Shown piece by piece: positions 1-9,814 of a DNA stretch of 64,000 bases. Under the pieces are notes generated by a model that saw nothing but the letters and a program-made list of their open reading frames with translations, ran no database searches and was not told where the DNA came from. Numbering within the stretch: position 1 is the first letter of the stretch; each line of letters opens with the position of its first letter. This DNA comes from a virus (Duplodnaviria > Caudoviricetes), in IMG/VR virus record IMGVR_UViG_3300025429_000009, positions 1 to 64,000 of that record; one strand, given 5' to 3'. The position numbers were made by a program, and so were the translations under genes.

Positions 1-1
1 A

Positions 2-1777
2 AACTTTATTTGCACAGTTAATGGTTGGTACGGTGCTGTACAGAGAATGGGTCTTTTCAACCAAGAGAACGGCATGTTCTTCGAGTACGATGGTCAGCAA
101 CTTTACGCTGTTCTTCGTAGCTCAATTAAGCAGATTGCTGGTCGTGTAACCGTAACAAACGGAAGCACAACAGTTACTGCAACCGATGGTAATTTCCCAA
201 CCATTTTTAGCAAGCAGCTGACCCCTGGTCAGTACATTGTTATCCGTGGTAGCTCTTACCGTGTTACTGACATTGCTAGTGACACACAGCTTACTATTAG
301 CCCTGCTTACCGTGGTATTACTGCTAACTACGTGACTGTTACAGCCACTGTCGACAACCGTGTGCCACAGTCACAATGGAACATCGACAAGCTTGACGGA
401 ACTGGCCCTAGTGGTTACAAGCTTGACTTGACTAAGATGCAGATGTGGTACCTTGACTACTCGTGGTATGGTGCTGGTTTTGTGCGTTGGGGCCTAAGAA
501 CTACTGATGGTAACATTCTGTTCTGCCACAAGTTGGCAAACAACAACAGCAACACTACTGCTTACATGCGTTCTGGTAACCTACCGGGTCGTTACGAATC
601 ATCTACGATCCCACCTATTACTACCACTGTTTCTGGTATTGGTGCTACAGATACAACAATCTATGTTAACAACACGTTGAATCCAGCTGGTAATAGTGCA
701 TTCCCTGCTTCAGGTGTTCTTGCGATTAAGAACGCTACAACTGGTACTGAGTACGTAAGCTACACGTCTGTAACGGCCAGCAGTTTTGGTGGTTTGACTC
801 GTGGTATTGCCACCCCTGCTTCCCTGACGCTTTCTCTAACATCTGGTAGCCCAGTTGGTAGCGGAACGATCACTGGTGTTGCAGTCGGCTCTAAGGTTAC
901 TGCACCGACTTTGTTCCCTGATGGAACATACGTTGCTTCTATTAGCGGTAATTTTATTACGTTTAGCAATTCTTCTGTGTCCACCAACGCTAGCGCAACA
1001 GTGCCAGTGCAGGCTATGGGGCTTGCAGGGACTGCATTTGCATACTCTGCTACCGCACCCACTTCGGTTGAGTTGTCAATGCCTACACACAGCCCGTACT
1101 TTAGTCACTGGGGTACTGCTGTGACAATGGACGGTGGTTTCTCACCTGACGCCAACCTCTTGTTCACGTATGGTCAGACTACGCCAATTACGCTGGCTTC
1201 TGGTCAGACAAAGGCTCTAATGTCGATTCGTATTGCCCCTAGCGTTGACAACAGCCAGACAAGTTCTATCATTGGGTCCCACGAACTTGCTAACCGTGTG
1301 CAGCTTCAGCTCCAAACACTTGACGTATCAGTTACGGTTACTGGTTCACAGGGTGTTGGTGCCGGTAACGTTCTTATTAAAGCCTACCTTAATGGTGTAC
1401 CACAATTGATTAATGGTGGTAGCTTGCCCCAGTGGACAAACGTCGTATCAAACAACAACTCACCTAACTCATCACTTAGCCAAATTGCCGACTTTTCATC
1501 GGTACAGAATGGTGTTACCGTAGCTAGCGGTTTGTTCTCTGGTGAAGTTACTGGTGGTTTCTTTGTAGATACCACGCAGGAAGTTAACGTTGCTGGTGTT
1601 CGTGACCTTGGCAATAGCATCCTCAACGGTGGTACTTCTACTATTGCAGCACTCGCTACACCTGATAAGAACATTTACCCAGATGGCCCCGACACATTGA
1701 CATTGGTTGCCCAGAACCTTAACGGTGTTGGTGTGCAGCTTCTTGGCCGTATTTCTTGGATCGAACCTCAAGCCTAA
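2..1777 (+). CDS. Large virion structural/fibre-like protein, 5' partial (frame open from the window start)
   Basis: No stop upstream of ATG47 in frame. T/S/G-rich beta-type composition. Segments GLFNQENGMFFEYDG, WYGAGFVRWG and YMRSGNLPGRYE resemble lectin-like domains of large-phage structural proteins. Confidence 0.6.
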   Translation, partial: NFICTVNGWYGAVQRMGLFNQENGMFFEYDGQQLYAVLRSSIKQIAGRVTVTNGSTTVTATDGNFPTIFSKQLTPGQYIVIRGSSYRVTDIASDTQLTISPAYRGITANYVTVTATVDNRVPQSQWNIDKLDGTGPSGYKLDLTKMQMWYLDYSWYGAGFVRWGLRTTDGNILFCHKLANNNSNTTAYMRSGNLPGRYESSTIPPITTTVSGIGATDTTIYVNNTLNPAGNSAFPASGVLAIKNATTGTEYVSYTSVTASSFGGLTRGIATPASLTLSLTSGSPVGSGTITGVAVGSKVTAPTLFPDGTYVASISGNFITFSNSSVSTNASATVPVQAMGLAGTAFAYSATAPTSVELSMPTHSPYFSHWGTAVTMDGGFSPDANLLFTYGQTTPITLASGQTKALMSIRIAPSVDNSQTSSIIGSHELANRVQLQLQTLDVSVTVTGSQGVGAGNVLIKAYLNGVPQLINGGSLPQWTNVVSNNNSPNSSLSQIADFSSVQNGVTVASGLFSGEVTGGFFVDTTQEVNVAGVRDLGNSILNGGTSTIAALATPDKNIYPDGPDTLTLVAQNLNGVGVQLLGRISWIEPQA

Positions 1778-1786
1778 GGAGACAAA

Positions 1787-1972
1787 ATGGAAAGAGAACA
1801 AAACATTAGACAGGCTTCTGTCCGTCGTGTAGGGGCTAACTTTGATTTCAATGGAAATCCTATCACACAGAACTCTTCAGGTGGTATAGTTAGAGCTACA
1901 CGTAGTGTTAACTACCCATGTGGTCACCAAGCTATTCCTGGTGTTGATTCTTGCAGCTGCATGGCATTCTAG
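1787..1972 (+). CDS. Small hypothetical protein with a Cys/His C-terminus
   Basis: AAGGAG SD upstream; fills the gap before the portal gene. Confidence 0.6.
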   Translation: MEREQNIRQASVRRVGANFDFNGNPITQNSSGGIVRATRSVNYPCGHQAIPGVDSCSCMAF

Positions 1973-1984
1973 AAAGAATTATAA

Positions 1985-4321
1985 ATGGCGTCAAATGACT
2001 GGAGTGCTTCTGCGGAATTTAGCCGCATGAGATCAGCCGGTATCACCCTTCCTAAGAACCCTATTGCTGGTCGTGTTGCTGCACGTGACATGCTTAGCAG
2101 AGCTAAGACTAGCGGATCAATGCTTAACGACATTGGTCCTATGGCTATGGCTATGGGTGGACCACCGGAGGGTAGACAACGCCTTAATGGCCTTAGCAAA
2201 GACTTTCTTGCTGAAAATGGTATGGCTCGTACGCAGAACCGTAGAACGGCTGCTGCCACAGGTTCAGATGCTCAATGGGCTTGGCCTAAGCTCCACGACC
2301 CATTTGAGTACTGGCGTGAACGTACGTGGTGGTTCAACATGGAGGACCCGGACGAACAGACACGTAAAATTCGTGACTGGGCTCGTCTTCTCTACACAAC
2401 CCACCACCTTGTCCCTTCTCTTATCGACATCTATACTCGTTTTCCTTTGCTTGACGTAGAGTTGATTCACCCAGACAAGCGCATCTCTAATTTCTATAAT
2501 GAACTGTTCTTTGATGGTCTTAATTATAACGAATTCCTGTTTGACCTTGGTCGTGAGCACTGGACTGTTGGTGAAGTGTTCGCCATGGGTTCTTGGCACG
2601 ATGGTATTGGTGCATGGGAAGAAGATGAGATCATCAACCCTAACGACGTTATCGTTGCTAAGAACCGTGCTCTGAGAACGTACCAGTACCACATCAAGGT
2701 TCCTGAAGAAATCAAGCGCCTTATCGAGCGCAGAGATCCTCCAGAAGAATACGCCATGCTTATGCAGCTCTACCCAGACGTTGTAGCCTGGGCTAGACAA
2801 GACAAGGAGATTCCGGTCTCTGATGTCATCATGAAGCAAATTAAGTTTAAGACCAACCCTTGGAGCGAACATGGGACTCCTATTCTTCTTCGTGCTTTTC
2901 GTATGCTTATGCTCGAAGAATCGCTTAACGCTGCTCAAGACGCTATTGCTGACCGTCTTTATTCTCCACTTATTCTGGCTACTCTTGGTCTGCCTGATGT
3001 AGACCAAGACGGTCCATGGATCCCAGATGCCATGGAACTCCAGTCGTTGCGTGATGACTTGGCTATGGCTATCAACTCAGACTTCCGTCTGATGACATAC
3101 CACCATGGCTTGCAGATTCAGAATGCATTTGGTCGTGAGGCTATGCCACGTCTTGATGCTGACTTCATGCGTGTACAGACCAATGTCATGGGTGTTTTTG
3201 GTATTGGTGCTGACCTTCTTCAGGGTGGTGCTAACGGTACTTATGCATCTGGTGCTCTTAACCGTGAGCTTATTACACAAATGCTTTCGACCTATCAGCA
3301 CAAGATCGAGAGCTTCTTCCGTAGCCGTATGGAGCCTGTCGCTGAACGTCAGGGTCACTACGAATACCGCACTGTAGGTGGACAGCAAGTTCCTGTTATG
3401 GAAACTGTCCTTATGGTTGATGAAGACACTGGTGCTGAGTACGTTGAAGAGCGTCCAAAACTTGCCATTCCAGAGGTGCGATTCCGTTCGATGAACTTGC
3501 GTGACGAGACTGTTGAACGCGGTTTCTTGCAACAGCTCAGTGCTGCTGGATTCCCAATCTCTCTTAGCACTCTTGCAGTCAACATTCCTATTGACTTTGA
3601 CGATGAGATTGATGCCCGCAAGGAAGAGAAGATTAAGACGGTTATTGCTGAACAGCAGTTTAAGAGAGATCTCTTTAGCCGTCTCTTTACGCTGCAACTA
3701 CCTATCCCACCAGAATATGTGCAGGAATATCAGGCATACCTAGCCATGCTGGAGAATCCACAGCTGGGGGCACAGCTTGCTCCTGGTGCAATGGCTGGAC
3801 TCGTAACACCTCCTAGCGCACCAAACATGACTGGCAACGTGGCTGGTAACAGTGATGCTGCTGCAGGAGCACAGGTTTACCCAAGCATCAATCAGATGGC
3901 TGCACAGCAACAAGAGCGTCAGCGTCCTGAGATTTCATACGAACAACGTAAGAACCAACCTAAGCCGAACAAGAAGGGTCCTAAGAATGGACCTAAGAAA
4001 AAGACTGCATCGGTATCTGGTTGGGAAGGCGATGACTTTGACGAGTTCGAGGGTCGCGTTGAATATGGTGACCGTATGAAGTTTGCTGTGCCATTTGAAC
4101 AGAAGAAGCGTAAGCGTATGAAGCTTGCGTCTGGTATGAAGATCATTGTTGATGATTCATACGAGAAGTTCAACGAGGAAGAGTTCAAGAAGCACTTGGC
4201 ATCAATGATTGATGAACCAATGATTCAAGAACCTACCAACCTTGACGAACACAGCAGCGGTGAAGGCGGAATGGATCAGCCAGCAAGAAAACAGATAGAT
4301 CCTACAGAAGAAGATTTATAA
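1985..4321 (+). CDS. Portal protein with long low-complexity N- and C-terminal extensions
   Basis: 778 aa. Portal-like core (LVPSLIDIYTRFPL, GEVF, PWSEHGTPILLRAFR, PLILATLG). Lies upstream of the protease, scaffold and capsid genes. Confidence 0.85.
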   Translation: MASNDWSASAEFSRMRSAGITLPKNPIAGRVAARDMLSRAKTSGSMLNDIGPMAMAMGGPPEGRQRLNGLSKDFLAENGMARTQNRRTAAATGSDAQWAWPKLHDPFEYWRERTWWFNMEDPDEQTRKIRDWARLLYTTHHLVPSLIDIYTRFPLLDVELIHPDKRISNFYNELFFDGLNYNEFLFDLGREHWTVGEVFAMGSWHDGIGAWEEDEIINPNDVIVAKNRALRTYQYHIKVPEEIKRLIERRDPPEEYAMLMQLYPDVVAWARQDKEIPVSDVIMKQIKFKTNPWSEHGTPILLRAFRMLMLEESLNAAQDAIADRLYSPLILATLGLPDVDQDGPWIPDAMELQSLRDDLAMAINSDFRLMTYHHGLQIQNAFGREAMPRLDADFMRVQTNVMGVFGIGADLLQGGANGTYASGALNRELITQMLSTYQHKIESFFRSRMEPVAERQGHYEYRTVGGQQVPVMETVLMVDEDTGAEYVEERPKLAIPEVRFRSMNLRDETVERGFLQQLSAAGFPISLSTLAVNIPIDFDDEIDARKEEKIKTVIAEQQFKRDLFSRLFTLQLPIPPEYVQEYQAYLAMLENPQLGAQLAPGAMAGLVTPPSAPNMTGNVAGNSDAAAGAQVYPSINQMAAQQQERQRPEISYEQRKNQPKPNKKGPKNGPKKKTASVSGWEGDDFDEFEGRVEYGDRMKFAVPFEQKKRKRMKLASGMKIIVDDSYEKFNEEEFKKHLASMIDEPMIQEPTNLDEHSSGEGGMDQPARKQIDPTEEDL

Positions 4322-4374
4322 ACAATCTTTTAGTGCACTAATTTATAGAACGCACTATTATTTACGGAGTTTTT

Positions 4375-4563
4375 ATGAGCACTCTTTTCAACAATGAGTC
4401 ACCTCGCATACTTCCAAAAGCTGCCTTTAACAAGGCTAGTTTTCTTGACGTTGTAAGCCCGCTGGTTAAGATGGATATCATTAAAGAAGGTGAGGGACGT
4501 AGATGTCGCAATGCTCACAAGCTGGATTTGACGAATAGCATCTACGAAAAAATCGAGGACTAA
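4375..4563 (+). CDS. Hypothetical protein
   Basis: GGAG SD; abuts the next gene. Confidence 0.55.
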   Translation: MSTLFNNESPRILPKAAFNKASFLDVVSPLVKMDIIKEGEGRRCRNAHKLDLTNSIYEKIED

Positions 4564-4941
4564 ATGTTCCTCGCTACCTTCTTTAATTCATCCAACGCTT
4601 GGTTTGGATATATATCTAATTTCTTTTTTGCTGCCGCTGGCTTTGGTACCGTAGCAAGAATCATTTATAAGCTTATCACTCGTCACAGTGATAAGAAGCT
4701 AGAAGAGCTTGAAAGACAGCTTACAGCTAGCAAAGAGGATCAAGATCACAAGTTTGAATTCCTTTTTAGTCAGTTTAAAACCAATGGCGGATCAAGCCCC
4801 AAAGACCAGTGGAACCGTTTGGAAGCAAAGGTTGACCACTTGATGGGTATCGAACAGCACGTAGACAAGCTTACACAGTCTATTGATAGACACCTTGGCT
4901 ACCACGAAGGACTCAGAGCAGCGCACGAAAACGAGGAATAA
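4564..4941 (+). CDS. Membrane protein (N-terminal TM helix plus coiled coil), holin-like candidate
   Basis: Hydrophobic AWFGYISNFFFAAAGFGTVARIIY followed by a charged helical tail. Confidence 0.55.
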   Translation: MFLATFFNSSNAWFGYISNFFFAAAGFGTVARIIYKLITRHSDKKLEELERQLTASKEDQDHKFEFLFSQFKTNGGSSPKDQWNRLEAKVDHLMGIEQHVDKLTQSIDRHLGYHEGLRAAHENEE

Positions 4942-5336
4942 TGGCCAGGAGATTTAGACACCCTATTACGGGCGACCCCATCGGTCTTGGCAAGCATATT
5001 TCTTGGAAGATTCAGTTTTCTATTCGTAATTGGTATTTCATTGGGACAATTACGTTTATTACTTTGTTCTGCGCTGCTTGGGGAACAATTGACATCAACG
5101 TTATTGGTTGGTGGAACGTATGGGCTTCCTACATGGCTTTGTTTATTGAGTCTGTAGTCGGTATCAGTATGTTTGAACAGACTCGTGCAGATGCCAAGGT
5201 GCTACGTGAAAGCCTTGCAACCATTCAAGAATTGCTTTCAAAGATCAATCAAATACTTGAACTTGAGAAACAACAAAATAAAGAAGTACACAATCTTGTG
5301 GACGCTTTAGAAGACGAAATTAACTTACACCATTAA
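4941..5336 (+). CDS. Two-TM membrane protein, DUF1003-like; holin candidate
   Basis: TM1 WYFIGTITFITLFCAAWG, TM2 WWNVWASYMALFIESVVGISM, then a coiled coil; TAATG coupling. Confidence 0.55.
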   Translation: MARRFRHPITGDPIGLGKHISWKIQFSIRNWYFIGTITFITLFCAAWGTIDINVIGWWNVWASYMALFIESVVGISMFEQTRADAKVLRESLATIQELLSKINQILELEKQQNKEVHNLVDALEDEINLHH

Positions 5337-5400
5337 TTAACATATTTTTAATCGTTACAACGATGTAAAAATAATGTTAACTAATAGAAGGTTGCTGAAG

Positions 5401-6066
5401 ATGATAAAATTTGGTGCTCCCTCAATAACTCTACAAGGTAGAGAGTCCCTTGCTGGCCTCAACACAGGTCAACCCATTGAGCTGCACGATGTCACCTTTA
5501 ACGATTTTAATTTTAAGCCTGAACCTGGTTATGTTTACGCTGTTTCTAGAGCTATTAGTTCTAGAGTAAATGCTAACTACGATGGCTGGCCCGTAGACCA
5601 GATCAAAAAGAGTTACAAGACTTTTGTTGGTCGTCCAATCTACGTGGAGCACAACAACTCAGATCCTGAGCGTGCTCGTGGCGTGATCCTTGATGCTATT
5701 TACCGCGAAAGCAAGCTTGCTTCTGGCGCTACTGACGCCAGTGTTTATTGCCTTATGGAAGTTGACGCACAGAACTTCCCAAAGCTTGCTAACGCCATTA
5801 TGGAAGGCAGCCTTAACGCTGTAAGTATGGGCGCTGACGTAGAAGGCACGCAGTGCTCAGCTTGTGGTAAGTACGCTAGCAAGCCTGCTGAATACTGTGC
5901 CCATATTCCTCGCCTTAAGGGTCGTAACGTTACCGTCTACAAGGCCGGTAAGCGTGTCGAAGCTCTTGTATATGAAAGTTGCATCCGTCCTAACTTCTTT
6001 GAGTTGAGCTTTGTTTTTGAACCAGCTGACGAGAGTGCATGGCTGTTGCAGAAGAAGCGTTACTAA
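5401..6066 (+). CDS. Prohead (capsid maturation) protease with a Zn-ribbon insertion
   Basis: TFVGRPIYVEHNN (catalytic His), ARGVILDA, AVSMGA (catalytic Ser), CSAC..YCAH, FFELSFVFEPAD. Start placed at ATG5401. Confidence 0.85.
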   Translation: MIKFGAPSITLQGRESLAGLNTGQPIELHDVTFNDFNFKPEPGYVYAVSRAISSRVNANYDGWPVDQIKKSYKTFVGRPIYVEHNNSDPERARGVILDAIYRESKLASGATDASVYCLMEVDAQNFPKLANAIMEGSLNAVSMGADVEGTQCSACGKYASKPAEYCAHIPRLKGRNVTVYKAGKRVEALVYESCIRPNFFELSFVFEPADESAWLLQKKRY

Positions 6067-6785
6067 TGCCTCTTTTTAAAGTTTCAGATAATCTTGAAAA
6101 ATATGCAAGAGAGGTATTAAGAACACCTTTCACAATCATTACCAATTGCCCACAGTGCAGAAGCACATCGTATGCAGATGGTACTTGTGAAGATTGTTCT
6201 TATGAAGATCCTCGTTACTTGGCAACACTTCAAGCATGGCAAGAAGCTCAGATGGCTCAGCAACAAGGTAGCCAAAAGAAGTCTAGCTTTAAGTTGTCTT
6301 TTAATGATTATGATTTTCCTGATTTAAAGACAACTTCTGTGCCTTGCCCAAGATGTAATCAGACTACTTTCGAGATCCCAGATACTGGTAAAAAGATTAA
6401 AAAACAGGATTATTACAGAAAGGGTGGTGAATGCACCAATCCTAAATGTAATTTTTCAAAACCTCCACAAGGTTTAGGATTTAATTCTGCTGAGTTCGTG
6501 GGTATAGATCCTGAGTGGTTACAACAAGTTGGAGGAATCCGACAGAATTTTAAACCAATCAAGACGAATATCTCGGAAGTAATTGAGAAAAATAAAAAAT
6601 CATTGAAGAAGAGTGCCAAGGGTCAAATGCTTGATCCAGGTGCTTTCTTGGATGATTCAATGACCGTTTCACTGGACAAGACAACTCGTATGAAGAACAT
6701 GCTCCAGCAAAGCGCTCAACTTGAGTCACAAACTAAACAGCAACAACAAAACGACGGAAACGCCGACAGCGAGGAGCAACAATGA
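6066..6785 (+). CDS. Double Zn-ribbon head-associated protein
   Basis: CPQC..CEDC and CPRC..CTNPKC; TAATG coupling to the protease gives a start at 6066. Confidence 0.65.
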   Translation: MPLFKVSDNLEKYAREVLRTPFTIITNCPQCRSTSYADGTCEDCSYEDPRYLATLQAWQEAQMAQQQGSQKKSSFKLSFNDYDFPDLKTTSVPCPRCNQTTFEIPDTGKKIKKQDYYRKGGECTNPKCNFSKPPQGLGFNSAEFVGIDPEWLQQVGGIRQNFKPIKTNISEVIEKNKKSLKKSAKGQMLDPGAFLDDSMTVSLDKTTRMKNMLQQSAQLESQTKQQQQNDGNADSEEQQ

Positions 6786-8176
6786 GCCGTTTCGATAACG
6801 AACTGGTTAAGCACGCAGACAACGCATACCAACTGCGCGGTCTTTCTGGCCAAACCACAACCCCAAGACAAATGCCTTACGACCAGGTTAACACCACTGG
6901 TACCGACCAAGCACCTGGTGTCACTCAGGCTCCTGCGCCAGTTAATGAGACTGCCGGTTGGGTTGCTGAGATGCCTATGGTTCGTCAGCTTGACGTCCGT
7001 GACCTCGATGCAGCTGACCCACTGGGTGGCCAGGGTGAGATCATTGGTGGCCCTGGCTCTAGCGCCGTTTGGGCAGAAGGACAACCTATGTACGCAAGCG
7101 TAAAGATTATTGACGACAGCCTGTACAACGTTTACAAGGCTAGCCGTGACATCCGTAATGCAATCAACGACCAGGTCGACTTCGACTTTAGCAACCTTGT
7201 GACTGCTGCTAACGAAGCTGCTACCGTTCTTCGTTTTGCTAGTGCTGACAGCGACGTCCAGCAAGTTATTGGTACAGTTGCCAGCATTGTTCTCGACATT
7301 GAGAACGACCTCGCTGCTTATGGTGACTACCGCCAAGCTTCTGTCGACCTGAAGTCGCTCGAGGGTCTTCTGCAAGAGATCAAGACTGCTGCTACTGGTG
7401 AAGAAGAAGAGTCTGACGACGACGAAACTGAAGACGACACCAAGAAGTCAGCATCTAAGAAGTCCTGCAAGAACTGCAAGGGCAAGGGCTGCGACAAGTG
7501 CAAGAAGTCTTCAAAGGGTAAGAAGTCTGACGACGACGATGAAGATGACGACGAAGATGACGATGACAAGCCTGCTTTCTTGAAGAAGAAGAAGGCTTCC
7601 AACGGTAACCAAGAGTCACTCCAGGTTGTCGATGTTCGTGACCTTGATGACCAGGCCGGTATCTGGGACCGTCAGCGTGTGATGACGCCTGACCACCAGA
7701 CTAACGTCCTTGTTCCTGAAGAAGTAAACGGTGAAGACGCCGGTTACGTGCCATTCTACAACGATGGTGCTGAGACTGGCATTACTCCTGGCCAAGAGCC
7801 ACACAAGCAGGAAGTCTTCCCTTACGACGGTACTAACCCCGCATTCGTTCCTTACCAGAGCGTTGCCGGTGCAGTGCAAGCCAGCCGCGAGAAGCTGTTT
7901 GCAGCTATCCAAGTGGTGGATCGTCTCGAGAAGCTTGGCATGTCCAATGAAGAGGACCGTGCTAAGCACATCGCAAAGTTTGAGCAAATGTCTAATGCAA
8001 AGCTGGCAGGTTTTGTAGCAAGCATCGACATGCTCGAAGAATCTGGGGCTCGTCAACCCCGGAGCCAAAAGGTGGCAAGTGGGTCAAACCGCATGCCCGA
8101 AATGGGTCGGTTGACAACGGCCTCAACAGTTACTCGTCAGGACGTTCAGTCTGACGATTGGCTGATGACACTTTAA
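6782..8176 (+). CDS. Scaffolding protein
   Basis: Sits between the protease and the decoration/capsid genes. Acidic and Lys tracts, an internal DVRDLD repeat and helical segments. Confidence 0.7.
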   Translation: MSRFDNELVKHADNAYQLRGLSGQTTTPRQMPYDQVNTTGTDQAPGVTQAPAPVNETAGWVAEMPMVRQLDVRDLDAADPLGGQGEIIGGPGSSAVWAEGQPMYASVKIIDDSLYNVYKASRDIRNAINDQVDFDFSNLVTAANEAATVLRFASADSDVQQVIGTVASIVLDIENDLAAYGDYRQASVDLKSLEGLLQEIKTAATGEEEESDDDETEDDTKKSASKKSCKNCKGKGCDKCKKSSKGKKSDDDDEDDDEDDDDKPAFLKKKKASNGNQESLQVVDVRDLDDQAGIWDRQRVMTPDHQTNVLVPEEVNGEDAGYVPFYNDGAETGITPGQEPHKQEVFPYDGTNPAFVPYQSVAGAVQASREKLFAAIQVVDRLEKLGMSNEEDRAKHIAKFEQMSNAKLAGFVASIDMLEESGARQPRSQKVASGSNRMPEMGRLTTASTVTRQDVQSDDWLMTL

Positions 8177-8204
8177 CCAAATCCCCTACTAAGGAGAAAG
8201 AAAA

Positions 8205-8717
8205 ATGCTGCAACTTAATAGCGTAGCTAACGTTGGGGTTCACCGTACGTGCACCCCACTGTACGAAAAGTACGAGGCTACACCCTACAACACGTTCCTG
8301 GATCCTTCGGACACCACGAACATTTACTCGGGTATGGTCATGTACCGTACCGGTCCTGACACCGTCGCTAACGCTGGTAGCGCTACTGCCGCTGGTGCTA
8401 AGCCCTTTGGTTTGTCGGCTCTGGACCGTAACCCCAACATTGATGACGTGACTCAGGTCGGTGTCAACGCTTGGGCTGTCTGGCTCGGAGGTTCTAACGC
8501 CTTCTTCACCCTGACTGCTCCTGCTTTCGATACGACTCAGTCCTACACGGTGCCTACAGATGGTACTCGTAAGCTGTTGTACACCGTTTCGGGTACTGGT
8601 CAGGTCACTTCAAGCTCTGGCACTAACCTTTTCGGTGTTCCAGTTGCTGAGTTGATTGACGTCATCAGCCCAACGCAGATCGTTGTCCGTTTGATCCCAT
8701 TCGGCGCTACGGCTTAA
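8205..8717 (+). CDS. Capsid decoration/cement protein
   Basis: 170 aa beta-rich protein directly upstream of the MCP; AAGGAG SD; highly biased codons. Confidence 0.7.
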   Translation: MLQLNSVANVGVHRTCTPLYEKYEATPYNTFLDPSDTTNIYSGMVMYRTGPDTVANAGSATAAGAKPFGLSALDRNPNIDDVTQVGVNAWAVWLGGSNAFFTLTAPAFDTTQSYTVPTDGTRKLLYTVSGTGQVTSSSGTNLFGVPVAELIDVISPTQIVVRLIPFGATA

Positions 8718-8736
8718 TCCTGAAAGGAACATGAAA

Positions 8737-9750
8737 ATGTCAACAATCCTCCCCAATGGCGCTGTCGCTGAGCACCTGGCTCCCCGCACAGCTAGAAAGT
8801 CTGACGACTACGTCGCCAGCATCGTAGAGGCACAAGAGCGTCTTGCTTCGGCTACCGGTCGTAAGACTGCTACCCGTGAAGAGAAGCAACGTCGTCTTGC
8901 CGGTATCCTTGCTGACAAGGACAACTACATGGTTCGTCTGGGTCAGGGTATGATTGGTCCTATCCAGCTGAAGCTCCGTTACCAGGGTATGACCCGTAAC
9001 GTTCTCCTGGAAGACCCGCTCACCCCTGGTGTCCCAGTCATGTACGACGTCCTCGACGAGTACGGTCAGGCTTACATTCTTTCCGGTAACGAAGGTGAAG
9101 TCCGCGTGACACCCTTCGAAGGTAAGAAGGTTCCAGTCCGTTTGTTCCGTATCGCTACCTTCCCTCAGATTAAGAAGGAAGACCTGTGGTACCTCCGCGT
9201 GAACATCGTTGAGTACGCTCAGGACATGTCCAAGCAGGCAATCATGATGCAGGAAGACGCCCGTTTGATCACGGTGCTCGAAGCTGCCATCAACAACTAC
9301 GCCGTTGACCCCAACCACGTAGTGTCGCCTAACCACATCGTCAACGAGCTCTCGGGTTACATTACCCCTGACTCGATGTACGACCTCGTTGCACTCATCG
9401 AAGTCCACCAGTTGGAAGCTTCGAGACTGTTGTTCAACCCCCTCGACTACCGTGACCTCTACAAGTGGGACATCAACCAGACCGGTTGGGCCTTCAAGGA
9501 CCGCGTTGTTGCTGGTGAGCGCATCGTTCAATTCGGTGGTTTCCAAGTTCAGCGTTCGATCGAAGTGCCTCAGGGTACTGTCTACATGACCCCAAGCCCC
9601 GAGTTCCTCGGTGTGTTCCCCGTCATGTACTCGCTCGACGTCGAAGAGAACCACACGCCTGAGAAGTTCCACAAGGGTTGGGTCATGGACGAGCTCGTCT
9701 CCGAGATCGTTCTCAACCCCCGTGGTTTGGGCAAGATCGTTAAGGCTTAG
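8737..9750 (+). CDS. Major capsid protein (HK97 fold)
   Basis: About 337 aa with very strong codon bias. LRYQGMTRNVLLED, QAIMMQEDARL and EIVLNPRGLGKIVKA resemble actinophage myovirus MCPs. Start is 8731 or 8737. Confidence 0.9.
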   Translation: MSTILPNGAVAEHLAPRTARKSDDYVASIVEAQERLASATGRKTATREEKQRRLAGILADKDNYMVRLGQGMIGPIQLKLRYQGMTRNVLLEDPLTPGVPVMYDVLDEYGQAYILSGNEGEVRVTPFEGKKVPVRLFRIATFPQIKKEDLWYLRVNIVEYAQDMSKQAIMMQEDARLITVLEAAINNYAVDPNHVVSPNHIVNELSGYITPDSMYDLVALIEVHQLEASRLLFNPLDYRDLYKWDINQTGWAFKDRVVAGERIVQFGGFQVQRSIEVPQGTVYMTPSPEFLGVFPVMYSLDVEENHTPEKFHKGWVMDELVSEIVLNPRGLGKIVKA

Positions 9751-9761
9751 TCTTAACAACC

Positions 9762-9814
9762 GTACTACGGCCGGGGAGGTCGGATCCTCCGAGATCGCTC
9801 CCCGGTCATCGTAC
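9762..9814 (+). terminator. GC-rich hairpin after the MCP gene (terminator or mRNA stabiliser)
   Basis: GGCCGGGGAG (9769-78) pairs with CTCCCCGGTC (9798-9807); outer GTAC/GTAC; no U-tract. Confidence 0.6.

Noticed and set aside
7396-7600. GAC/GAA/AAG triplet runs
   Set aside because: They encode the acidic and Lys tracts of the scaffold and are not an independent repeat element
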